Shown here one piece after another: positions 1 to 11,008 of a stretch of 64,000 bases of DNA. Below the pieces are notes generated by a model. It was given only the letters and a program-made list of their open reading frames with translations. It ran no database searches and was not told the origin of the DNA. The position numbers and the translations under genes are program-made. Location of the stretch: NCBI GenBank assembly GCA_964016885.1, contig OZ024740.1:86676001-86740000 (forward strand), read 5' to 3'. The first letter of the stretch is position 1; the number at the start of each line of letters is the position of its first letter. This stretch comes from Eledone cirrhosa (taxonomy: Eukaryota).

Positions 1-1211
1 CATGGTGGGAAAGGAGACTTAAAGATCTCCTTAATGAGAGCTCCATAGACCTCATCATGTACTCTCGTTATGTAGACGATATCAATATAGTTATAAGAAC
101 ATCCCCACTATAGAGCACTAACAAGTTTGATTTAGAACGTAGCACGATGGAAAGCATCCAGAAGATAGCTAATTCCATACACCAGAGTATAACTGTAACT
201 ATCGACTTCCCTTCCAAACACCCTAACAATAGACTACCTGTATTAGACACAGAACTCTGGATTAACACTATAAACGAGAGAGCCCAAATTCTCCACTCAC
301 ACTATGCTAAATATCTGATACTCAAAAACTCAGCAATGTCCAGTAGTGCTAAGTTTAATATTCTGATCGCAGATTTGGTACGAGTGATGAAGAACGTGTC
401 CCGCATGTGCGACCCAACAGAAATGGAAAGACCCATCCAACACTTCATCAACCGCATGCAGTTCTCCGGCTACAACCAAAGAGACAGAGTCAGAGTATAC
501 GAAGGAGCCATGGGGAAGTATAAAACCCTCATAGAACTGGGCATGAAAGGAATTTGCCCATTATACAGGAGAAAATCATGGAATAGCTTAGATAGGGTTA
601 GACATAAGATAGGGAAAGCCACCTCATGGTACGACAACCAGAGATACCAGAGTGTAATGTTTGTGGACGCTACCCCTGGAGGGAAATTAGTTAACCAGTG
701 TAGAAAGGCCCTGAGAAAGACCCACTTAAAAATTAAGGTGGGAGAAAAGCCAGGAACCACCATAAAATCCCTGATCAGCAAAACCTACCCTTTTAAGAAA
801 ACCCACTGTACCAATAGTAAATGTATCATATGTAAGGTAAATCCCCGGATAAACTGTAAAACTAGAAACGTAGTCTATAGCATAAGATGTACAGAGGGTA
901 CTTGCAGAAACATGACAACAACATACATAGGTGAGACAGCTCGTAGCATAGGTGAAAGGATAGACCAACACTGGGGGGAACTAAAAGGATGAAAAAACGG
1001 GTCAGTACTATACGAACATGCTAGACAACAACATGACGGTAACATAGACAACATAGAAATTAGAATAATATCTAAACATAGAAATGACCCAGCAGATAGG
1101 CAAATCAGAGAGGCCAGTGAATTAGAAATTAGAAGACCAAGACTAAACAGAAAGAATGAATGGAATAACAACAACACCGAAACAAACAACACTGACCTAA
1201 GAGAAGTATAA
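1..1211 (+). mobile_element. Penelope-like retroelement remnant (RT C-terminal part plus GIY-YIG endonuclease), possibly Naiad-type; 5' part lies outside the window
   Basis: The frame of ORF 147-992 extends upstream to MYSRYVDDINIV (YVDD at 69-80, in-frame TAG at 111). It continues through LPVLD, a CxxxxCxxC linker and VVYSIRCTEGTC...YIGETARSIGERIDQH. Past TGA at 990 it reads KNGSVLYEHARQQH...DRQIREASELEIRRPRLN to a stop near 1211. Confidence 0.9.
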
Positions 1212-1693
1212 ATAAAATAAAATAAATAAATAAATACATACACAAGCACAATAACAACAAGCACATAAACACACACTAGTCACCCATCACACAGCAAACA
1301 AAACACTATACACACACGCAAACGCATGCGCAAAGTAGACAAAATAAAATAAACAAACAAGCAAATAAATAAATATATAGACAGACTGAATAAAAATGGC
1401 GTAGACATACAATACAACAGTAGGAAACGATAGCACCACTGACGATGTTGCAGATGTGCAACGAAAGATTTATGATAAACTATATATATGTGTTTGTGTC
1501 TATATTGTATCTGTATTATTTTTGACCGTCGGTCAGTCAATGGCAACATTGAGGACCGAATAAATTAGATTACCGATATAAAAGACACAGAAGCGAAAAC
1601 CAACCAAACAGTGACGGTGTTCTGTTATTAATTCTGGCAATATTACACAAATATGACCCTCCCCAAGTATAACAATATATATATATATATATA

Positions 1694-2424
1694 CAATTAA
1701 GTTAAATTTAAAATGTACATCCACATATGTATACTGAAATACTAGTATGCATATGAATACACACACGTGTACATATGTAGATGTACCGAGTTTTTCACTG
1801 GACACTTTACTGTGAGTGTCCAGCTATTCTGTATGTAAACATTTCAGTATACATATGTGGATGTACATTTTTAATTTAACTTAATTGTTTAAGCGTCAGT
1901 CATACAAAAGTGAGTTACAAACGAAACGAAATTTAATTTCGTTTCGTTATTTGTTTTTATCGTCTCCGCTGAACCGGTACGTACTCACGCTCTATGCAAA
2001 TTAGTCTGCCCACTACTAATTTTCATAGAAAAAGCATATAACGATATGTGCTTTTACGATTCTCTAGAAAGGCCGGTAGATAGGTAAATATTGCTGATGA
2101 GATGTAACAACATCGAAACTAGTCCAATATTCCTTGTCTGGCTTTCTGGAGAAGAGAGGAAAGATGTTTCCTCGAAAACCAGTATGACTCTAAAAACCGG
2201 TTTGTCTGTGTGTTTACATACAGAATAACTGGAAACTCACAGTAAAGTGTCCAGGGAAAAACTCGGTACATCTACATATGTATACGTGTGTGTATTCATA
2301 TGCATACTAGTATTTCAGTATACATATGTGGATGTACATTTTTAATTTAACTTAATTGTTTAAGCGTCAGTCATACAAAAGTGAGTTACAAACGAAACGA
2401 AATTTAATTTCGTTTCGTTATTTG

Positions 2425-2431
<7 letters not shown>
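1694..2431 (+). mobile_element. Non-coding hammerhead-bearing element (PLE pLTR or retrozyme-like) with terminal direct repeat and 5' inversion, in (TA)n
   Basis: 1841-1960 repeats directly at 2312-2431 (period 471). 1694-1840 is a near reverse complement of about 2212-2358. Both ends abut (TA)n. Confidence 0.8.
2087..2131 (+). ncRNA. Type I hammerhead ribozyme (minimal, palindromic stem III)
   Basis: aatattg CTGATGA gatgt-aaca-acatc GAAA ctag TC caatatt: 7-bp stem I, canonical core, 5-bp stem II. Confidence 0.9.
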
Positions 2432-2457
<26 letters not shown>

Positions 2458-2459
<2 letters not shown>

Positions 2460-2598
2460 CGAAGGAAATGTGGTAAGGAACCAGGTGGACCATAACGCAT
2501 CAAAGTACTCAATACTTAGGGTAGTACAGTGGGTAATAGGAACAAGTAAGACCCCGACGGCTGAGCTCAAGCCGTTTCGACGGCTAATTCTGGACTGA
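2458..2598 (-). mobile_element. Short (TA)n-embedded repeat, family A (3' half of a hammerhead plus tail)
   Basis: The reverse complement reads GAAA cggct-tgagctc-agccg TC ggggtc...ggttccttaccacatttccttcgt(TA)n. Homologous to 4449-4590 and 49895-50370. Confidence 0.75.
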
Positions 2599-2631
<33 letters not shown>

Positions 2632-2637
2632 CATATG

Positions 2638-2724
<87 letters not shown>

Positions 2725-2726
2725 AC

Positions 2727-2855
<129 letters not shown>

Positions 2856-2862
2856 TATATAG

Positions 2863-3795
2863 AGTTCTTTGAGATACTGGCTGGAGTGCTCCAGAGAGAT
2901 ACATTGGCTCCCTACCTTTTTATCATCGTAGTGGACTATTGTATGCGCCTTGCACTGGAGAAACACCGGGACTCTGGCTTTACTGTAGCACCGGCTCAGA
3001 GCAGGAGAGTTGGGGCGAAAAAGGTATCGGATGCTGAATTTGCCGACGACATAGTTTTGGTGACAAATACAGTGAAGGAGGCAGAGGATTTGATGCGGGA
3101 GGTTGAGACTGTGTCGATGAGTGTGGGGCTGAGTATGAATGAGACTAAAACAAAATATCTGGTAGAGAATGTTGAGAAGCCAGAGGGGATCACTAATGTA
3201 GGCGGGAAGCCGCTGGAATTGGTTGAGGACTTCCTGTATTTGGGAGCAAAGATTGGGAATACGGAAGATGATGTGGTTGAGAGGAAGAGCAAGGCCTGGG
3301 CGGCGTGTCACAGCTTGAGATCGGTGTGGAAGTCGGACCTTCGTAGAGACCTGAAAATCCGCCTCTTCATTGCTGTAGTGGAGTCTGTGCTGCTGTATGG
3401 GTCTGAGACTTGGACACTGACCAAGAGACTCACTCAGATGGTGGATGGGTGCTACACGAGAATGCTGAGGATGGCTCTGAACATTAATCAGTATACACTG
3501 AGGATGAAAAACTCAGAGCTGTATGGGAGCATCCCAAAAGTCAGCTCAAAAGTGACACAGAGGAGACTGAGGTTGGCTGGACATGCTCACCGACATCCAG
3601 AGTTGACATTGCACTCAGTGCTCCTTTGGGAGCCCCTACATGGACACACTAGAAGAGGAAGACCAAGGTTAACATATGTTGATGCCCTAAGGACAGACAC
3701 TGGTCTGTTGGAGATGCAGGATATGGCAGCGATAATGAGGGACAGAGACCGCTGGGGAGAACTCGTCCATGGATCTCGGGAATTTTACCCGCCTT

Positions 3796-3797
<2 letters not shown>
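2863..3797 (+). mobile_element. 5'-truncated RTE-clade LINE (RT C-terminal half), inserted in (TA)n
   Basis: ORF 2886-3797 has [38 protein letters not shown] and RGRPRLTY. (TA)n lies on both sides. Confidence 0.9.
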
Positions 3798-3836
<39 letters not shown>

Positions 3837-4397
3837 TTCCCTCCACCCCCTATTTTCTTCCTCGTCTGCTTTCCCCTTTTGCCTACCCCGATGCAGCCCA
3901 TCGGGCCTCTGTAGCATCAGTTCCCCCACCCCTGTAATTTTAAGATACAATTGGCCGAATACGTTTTACTAACTACTTATAGCAGATGTGTTAAACCCCT
4001 TTAGTTTGTATCAGCTTTGTTACCTCTCAATTTCTACAAGTTTTTTTCTATTCTCAACTTATTAACCTGTAATTGTAAGATAGCATTGTGATTTTTTTTA
4101 TTCATTCTCACTATCTAATTTTATATATTTTTTATTTATTTCTATTATCTTTTATTGTCTCCTACTCTCATTCGATTTACCTATTCTATAACCTCCTTCC
4201 TCCACTTCATACACTATCCTTAGAATCTGCTGTATACATATCACTTTCAACGCTTGCCGCTCCACTCACTCCCCTATTGTTCTACAGGCAAGTTCAGCCA
4301 CCCCTACTCCCCACCAAATGCCATGATAGACTTATTTGTGTTTACAACAAATTTTAACCAATCCTCTTGACAACTACAATCTTCCCATATAAGGAAG

Positions 4398-4585
4398 TAC
4401 CCACTTGACAGGTTCGGCTATTTATTCACCAGGTGAAAAATTCTAATTTAGTCCAGAAATAGCCGTCGAGACGGCGTGAGCTCTGCCGTTGTCGTCATAC
4501 TTTTTCCTATTTCCCACTCTACTACTCTAAGTATTGAGTACTCTGGTGCGTTATGGTCCATCTGGTTCCTTACCACAATTCCTTT

Positions 4586-4590
<5 letters not shown>
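4398..4590 (+). mobile_element. Family A copy with a degenerate full hammerhead
   Basis: ccac TTGACAG gttcggctattt...aaatagccgtc GAGA cggc...gccg TT, then the family A tail into (TA)n. Confidence 0.6.
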
Positions 4591-4667
<77 letters not shown>

Positions 4668-4669
<2 letters not shown>

Positions 4670-4872
4670 ATAATAATAAATTTGAAGACTAAAATCCAAA
4701 GAGGGCTCGATAAGGATAAATATATATCAAATATATAAGAACCGTAGAGCAAATATTTATTAAAATAACAGATTAAAGTTTAAGCAAAGAATCGCTGCTT
4801 TCACCCTTAACGGGATCTTCTGAAACAGCAGTGATTCTTTGCTTAAACTTTAATCTGTTATTTTAATAAATA
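4668..4872 (-). mobile_element. Family B hammerhead insert with fold-back
   Basis: Arms about 4754-4799 and 4827-4872 are inverted. The minus strand has gttt CAGAAGA tcccgttaagggt GAAA gca...tgc TT aaact. Other copies at about 18733, 25328 and 58457. Confidence 0.75.
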
Positions 4873-4879
4873 TATATAT

Positions 4880-4943
<64 letters not shown>

Positions 4944-4979
4944 ATATATATATTTATAAATGTGTATATATATTTATAA

Positions 4980-5089
<110 letters not shown>

Positions 5090-5661
5090 TTATATATTTA
5101 TATATATATATATATATATATATAGGGGAGTTCTATGTATGTATGAAAATGTGATCCGAATATTTTGTGTTGCTTTCATTATAAAAAAATGTAAAAGTGG
5201 AATCAGGCACAGGCCATGAATGATTATATAGGTCCCTAGAGCAAAATACCTGTATATAGATATATCTAATTTTATATAGCTGCATATATATCTGAAGTTG
5301 GTTGTATCTAACTAAATATAGCTTTATATATTGCTCCATCTATATATGTATAACTATGTATAGATGTATGTAGTTGCGTTTAACTGCATTAGCTTCATAT
5401 TGCTGGAGCTGCTTATAGACATATTGCTTATATATAGTTATGTAAATATCTTTGTATTTGCCTGTATATGGCTTTATGTAGCTGTATATAACAATATTTA
5501 GCTATTAGCATTATATTGACGTATTTTCAATTTTGATTGTTTAACTATCGGAAGACTGTTATTTATGAAGAAGAGAACCTTTAGCGATGAGGATTTCTTC
5601 TTTCACGAGGTCTTGATATAAAGCATATTATAGAGATAATAGGTTAAAATAACATATTTGT

Positions 5662-5783
<122 letters not shown>

Positions 5784-6008
5784 GCATATATATATATATA
5801 TATAAATAGAGTTTCAGCGGAATCGCATTCCGGCGAGTAGGAAAGGCAAAGCGAAACACAAAAATCAGAAATGACACTGGCAAAGTGCTCAATAGTTAAA
5901 AACCAGAGCTAAACAATATGTTAAGAAGCCATACAAAACTGAAAAAGTGGTCAAGAAAGCATCAACCACCTAAGCCAAAAAGCAAATCAAGCTATACAGG
6001 TCAAAACA

Positions 6009-6131
<123 letters not shown>

Positions 6132-6220
6132 TATATGTGTGTATGTATATATATATAAATATAAACGGAAAAAAATGAAACGAAATTTCATTTCCCACTC
6201 TTAGTACGGCTGTTACTTAA

Positions 6221-6665
6221 ATATAAGTATGTACACGTACATACATATATGTATACAGACGTACAGTAGTATGTATATATATATATACATACATGCACAC
6301 ATATATATATGTACGTATGGATTCACCGAACATTTATTATAATGCTCGGTGTGTTTGTAAACAAACATCCCGTATTAAGCCGTAGTGTCTAGCAACCATC
6401 GTTGTTCGTTTGTTCAACACTGACAAAGGAACGCTGTACTAGTTTCAAGCTTATTAGCTATCGTCAGCAACGTATACCTTCCTGCCAGATTGTTGAACGT
6501 ATATAGTTACCTTTGTTTACAAACACACCGAGCATTATGTTCGGTGAATAAATGTTCGGTGAATCCATACGTACATATATATATATATGTGTGCATGTAT
6601 GTATATATATATACATACTACTGTACGTCTGTATACATATATGCATGTACGTGTACATACTTATA
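6221..6665. repeat. Inverted-repeat insert enclosing a hammerhead
   Basis: About 6221-6366 is the near reverse complement of about 6511-6665. The right end runs into (TA)n. Confidence 0.75.
6431..6473 (-). ncRNA. Type I hammerhead ribozyme (minimal)
   Basis: Minus strand: acgttg CTGACGA tagct-aata-agctt GAAA ctag TA cagcgt. Confidence 0.85.
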
Positions 6666-6798
6666 TATATATATATATATGTATGTATGTACAAACATAC
6701 ATATATGTACATATATATATATATGTCCCGAATCTGGTCCCTTACGATTTGAACCCATATATGTATATGTCTGTGTTTATCTCTCTTTTATATTCAAT

Positions 6799-6840
<42 letters not shown>

Positions 6841-7050
6841 ACATATATATACATACATATATGTACATATATTTATATTTATATTATATTTATATATATA
6901 TACATAGGTTTTTCCATGAATGCATCATATATATATATATATATATATACATATCATACTATATGTACCCACACACAAACAAAAAATTACAAAGCAAAAT
7001 GGAAATATTAAAACATGACAACGAAGAAATTAAGAATTCAACAAAGCAGC

Positions 7051-7089
<39 letters not shown>

Positions 7090-7245
7090 AAATAATAACA
7101 TTAATAAAGGTTTATTTATTCTTAGATGTCTGAAAAAAATGTTTTTAGTTTGATATTTTTTTTAATAGTGATAACAACAGTAGCAGCAGGAGCAACAGCA
7201 ATAATAATGCTGATGATGATAAAGATAATAAGGGGAATAATAAAC

Positions 7246-7292
<47 letters not shown>

Positions 7293-7553
7293 TTTCTTTA
7301 TTAACCACAAGGGTTTACATAAAGTAGACATTAAGGACAGTGCAGGACAATGCAGGACGGTACAAATGGGCATTTCTGCGTGTAAAAAAAACAAAAATAG
7401 AGGATGTAACAAAAATAACAATGAAAATAACAATGAAAAATTCCCCAATAGGGGGGAGACTTCGGAGGGACATTTGTGGAGAAAGCCCAGTAAAAAGCCA
7501 CAATGACCCTGACCACCAAGGCAAGTGCCCTCTCCCAGTTTTCCACCTTTAGT

Positions 7554-10500
7554 TTACAGATATATACTCAGAGTCGGCCCATTCACTCGGGCCATTCTTG
7601 CTTCTCTCACCCATCTTTCAACAAAATGCTGGGAAGAGAGCACTTCCTTCTCTACTCTGATTTTCCTTTTCAAATGAAATTTGAAAAAGTCAATCAGAGC
7701 ATCACCGAAGAGGTAAGTGCTCGTCTTCAGCCCTTTCAAACGTGTCCACCATACTATCTCTTTCGCCATGGCCACCAGACAGATAAAAACTGCCTGCCCT
7801 TCCCGGCTAAAGGAGGAGGGCGGGGCAATCCTCACGATAGACTCAGATGATAGCTGGATCCGTCCTAAACGCGACAGCAGGTGTTCGACATAAACCCACA
7901 AGTCAGCAATTTTCGGACACTGGACGAGTGCGTGCAGGACGGTTTCGTCGCCCTGCGCGCATCTCGGACATGCCCGGCTGACGGCACCTCCATGCCTGTA
8001 GAGTTTATCCCGAACTGGCAAGGCTCCTCGGTAGCACTGCCAGGCCAGAGATTTCTGGAAGTTGTCCATAGGCCCTGGCCCGAAGGTTCTTCCGAAGAGA
8101 TTGGCTAGTTGATTTTCGTCGACGCCTAGAGTTTCCCCAAGTACGTCGTCGCTCTTCCCCTCCACTAATCCTCTATAGAACGCCGAGGTGGAGTTTCCAC
8201 CGATCACATTGCCCGATTGGTCGAGGGCTGTGAGCGCCTGAAGACATTCCAGTCTCCAGGCGCTCCCTCTCGGTCTTCGCTTGACCCAGGACTGCAGCTC
8301 CGTCAAGGAAACGAGCTGGGGAAAAACGCGTCTAGCAAACGGCGACCACACCTGATCACCGTCGAGGAAGAGGTGGAGATGTCGTAGCCTGAGCGCGTGC
8401 CTGCGCATCATCAGCCACGGCATGCCCAGCCCTCCACGTAGCGGGTGTTGACAACAGATGGACCGCCTGACCATCGGAGCACGTCCCTTCCACAAAAAGC
8501 GAAAGAGCAAACGCTCCAGCGCAGTCAGGCGAGGCTTAGGACAAGGTACGACGGTTAGGCGGTAGCAGATGACAGACGCGATGTACGCGTTAGCCACCTC
8601 CGCTCGACCTTTCAGGGATAGCTTCCTCTCCGCCCATTTCTGGGTGAGAGAAGCCACCCTGCTCGTCACCTCGTCCCAGTTTTTGTCCGTCTGGAGGTCC
8701 GGACCGAACCAGACCCCTAGCAATTTAACCGGTCCGTCCGTCCAGCGCCCGACGACGCTGTTGGACGGCATGGACCTGCCTCTCCAGGTGCCGAGCTGCA
8801 GGCCCACTGACTTTTCCTGGTTGATCATTGCTCCTGTCACCGCTTCGTATTCTCTTAGTGTAGTGCCGATCGCCTCGATGTGTTTGGCGTTCGACACCAC
8901 TACGGTGACATCGTCCGCATATGCTGACACGGATCTTCCGCATCCTAGTTCGCGCGGGACTCCCCTCAACGTCTCCAGTTTGTGCAGTAATGGCTCGAGA
9001 GTCAATACGTACAAGAGGGACGAGAGGGGACATCCTTGGCGGACCGAGCGCATGATGTTGAACGGTTCCGACAGGTGACCGTTCACTCTCACCACAGAGC
9101 AGATGTCGCTGTGCATGGCAGCGATCCAGCCTCTGAAGACGGGCCCAAAGCCAGCCGCCCTCAGGACTGCCGCTAGGTAACGATGGTCGACCCTATCGAA
9201 AGCTTTCGACTGATCTAAATTGATCAAGGACCCACCCGTGCCAGGTTCCCTAGCTACCCTCTCTACGATGTATCGCATGAGGTGGAGGTTGTCGTGGATG
9301 GATCTGTCGGGAATGGCGCATGTCTGCGCCTCTCCCACCAGACCACCAACGACAAGCGCCAACCTCTTTGCTAGCACCTTGGCCAAAATCTTAAACTCTG
9401 TGTTTAGCAGAGTTATGGGCCGGAAATTGTCTATGTTATCCCCCTTGTTCGGATCCTTTCTCAGCAGTGCCACCGCTCCTCGGCTCACAGAACTGGGAAT
9501 TCTCCCGTTCTGTTGCCAGTTGCAGTAGACGTCCGCCAAGAGGCCTCCGAACAAGTCTGGCATCTGTACGTAAAGTTCATAGGGCAGACCATCCAAACCA
9601 GGCGATTTACCCCTTGTGCAGCCAGTCATTGCCTCCCTTACTTCAGCGGCTGTTATCGGCTTTTCGCAACACTTCGCCTCAGTGGCCGAGAGCCGCGGCA
9701 GTCCGTCGAGGTAGACACTAAAGTCCATCCCTCTACCCGGCCCCCCGCTGCCCCCGAACAGCTGAGCGAAGTGTCGCTGAAAAGCTTCACACATTTGCCC
9801 GGGATCGAGTAGCATGCGCCCGTCGTGGTCCACCAAAGACCGGATCGTGGCTTTGTTGCCACGACGCGCCTCCGCCACTCGGGCCCATTGAACGGCTTTC
9901 GTCCCCTCGTGTCTGAGAGCACGCACCCTAGCTCTGACAACGCAGCCTTCGTGCTTTGCATTGAAGAATTGGTCAAGGGCCAATTTCGCCGCAAGCACGT
10001 CGGTCGCAATGCCTTTGCTAAGCGCCTCGTCTAATTTTCTAACTAGTTCTCCCTCTGCTCTATTTTTCTCTATTGCTAAAGCCTTACTAAACCTAATCGA
10101 TTCTATTCTAATCGCTCTTTTCAGAGCAAACCACCACTTGTTGTTGACGATGGCCCCCGTCAACGCCCGCTTAACTAGTTCGCTAATCCGGTCTCTGTAG
10201 GCCTTGCGCGCTGGTAAGGACGCGTTTAGCTTCCAGTAGCCGGGTCCTCGTCTATGAAGCCTATCTAAGTCAAGCACACAGATCACGAATTTGTGGTCCG
10301 TGTAGCTGACTATCTTGAATTGTGGACAGCCTATGCTAGACCTATCTATTTCCCTACAAAATACTCTATCTAGATATGATCTGGATGACCCTATGCGGTT
10401 TGTCCAAGTCCACATTGGCACATTCGGGAAATCCAATCGGTACCTGTCAGACAGTTCAAAACGCCTGAGCAGGTTGGTGAGGCTCTTGCACCCTCCACCC

Positions 10501-10973
10501 CTATCCGCTAATCCCACACAGTCCCAGCGTGCATCTAAGATCCCGTTCCAGTCGCCCACTAACACTAAAGAGCGCGACGTTCCAAGAAAGGTCTCCAGAC
10601 GCCGGAAGAAATCAGGCCGCCCTGCTCCTGTCGGGGCATAGACGGCCACTAGCCTGAAAGCTTGCCCGTCTCCGCTGGTCACGTCCAGCACCACCAGCTT
10701 ACCCTCTGGGTCCAGGAAGATGGCCCGTATGGCGAGATCCAAACCTCTCCGAAAAAGCACAGCAACTCCTCCACCCGATCCAGGACGGCTGGGAGATGCG
10801 TACACATCGTAGCCGCCGAAGATCGGTGCGAAGGCCCGTGCTTCGGAGATTCTGGTCTCGCTGATGGCCACTACATCTATGTTTAGTGACCTGAGGTCGT
10901 TGAGCAGGTGACCCTGCTTCCATGACGACCCCAAGCCACGCGCATTTATGCTGCCTATTCTGAGTGAGGTCAT
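7554..10973 (-). CDS. Tx1-type ORF2: APE endonuclease, reverse transcriptase and C-terminal Cys/His motif (1139 aa)
   Basis: APE motifs SINARGL, ISET, VYAP, GDWN, YLDR and TDH. RT motifs PGLDG, RPITLLN, DQSKAFD, RQGCPLS and YADD. C-terminal CPRC...ETVLHALVQC. Confidence 0.97.
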   Translation of the reverse strand: MTSLRIGSINARGLGSSWKQGHLLNDLRSLNIDVVAISETRISEARAFAPIFGGYDVYASPSRPGSGGGVAVLFRRGLDLAIRAIFLDPEGKLVVLDVTSGDGQAFRLVAVYAPTGAGRPDFFRRLETFLGTSRSLVLVGDWNGILDARWDCVGLADRGGGCKSLTNLLRRFELSDRYRLDFPNVPMWTWTNRIGSSRSYLDRVFCREIDRSSIGCPQFKIVSYTDHKFVICVLDLDRLHRRGPGYWKLNASLPARKAYRDRISELVKRALTGAIVNNKWWFALKRAIRIESIRFSKALAIEKNRAEGELVRKLDEALSKGIATDVLAAKLALDQFFNAKHEGCVVRARVRALRHEGTKAVQWARVAEARRGNKATIRSLVDHDGRMLLDPGQMCEAFQRHFAQLFGGSGGPGRGMDFSVYLDGLPRLSATEAKCCEKPITAAEVREAMTGCTRGKSPGLDGLPYELYVQMPDLFGGLLADVYCNWQQNGRIPSSVSRGAVALLRKDPNKGDNIDNFRPITLLNTEFKILAKVLAKRLALVVGGLVGEAQTCAIPDRSIHDNLHLMRYIVERVAREPGTGGSLINLDQSKAFDRVDHRYLAAVLRAAGFGPVFRGWIAAMHSDICSVVRVNGHLSEPFNIMRSVRQGCPLSSLLYVLTLEPLLHKLETLRGVPRELGCGRSVSAYADDVTVVVSNAKHIEAIGTTLREYEAVTGAMINQEKSVGLQLGTWRGRSMPSNSVVGRWTDGPVKLLGVWFGPDLQTDKNWDEVTSRVASLTQKWAERKLSLKGRAEVANAYIASVICYRLTVVPCPKPRLTALERLLFRFLWKGRAPMVRRSICCQHPLRGGLGMPWLMMRRHALRLRHLHLFLDGDQVWSPFARRVFPQLVSLTELQSWVKRRPRGSAWRLECLQALTALDQSGNVIGGNSTSAFYRGLVEGKSDDVLGETLGVDENQLANLFGRTFGPGPMDNFQKSLAWQCYRGALPVRDKLYRHGGAVSRACPRCAQGDETVLHALVQCPKIADLWVYVEHLLSRLGRIQLSSESIVRIAPPSSFSREGQAVFICLVAMAKEIVWWTRLKGLKTSTYLFGDALIDFFKFHLKRKIRVEKEVLSSQHFVERWVREARMARVNGPTLSIYL

Positions 10974-11008
10974 GTTTAAAATAGAGTGGAAAAGATGGGA
11001 AAGACCAC

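Noticed and set aside
990-992. In-frame TGA in the PLE endonuclease as possible selenocysteine (reported for some Naiad PLEs)
   Set aside because: It is not at a Cys-motif position, the copy also has an in-frame TAG at 111 and a likely deletion, and CGA>TGA decay is simpler. No SECIS was identified.
1433-1490. ctgacga tgttgca-gatg-tgcaac gaaa after the PLE ORF
   Set aside because: The core and stem II are present, but no convincing stem I or stem III partner could be read. It is possibly a decayed hammerhead and was not counted.
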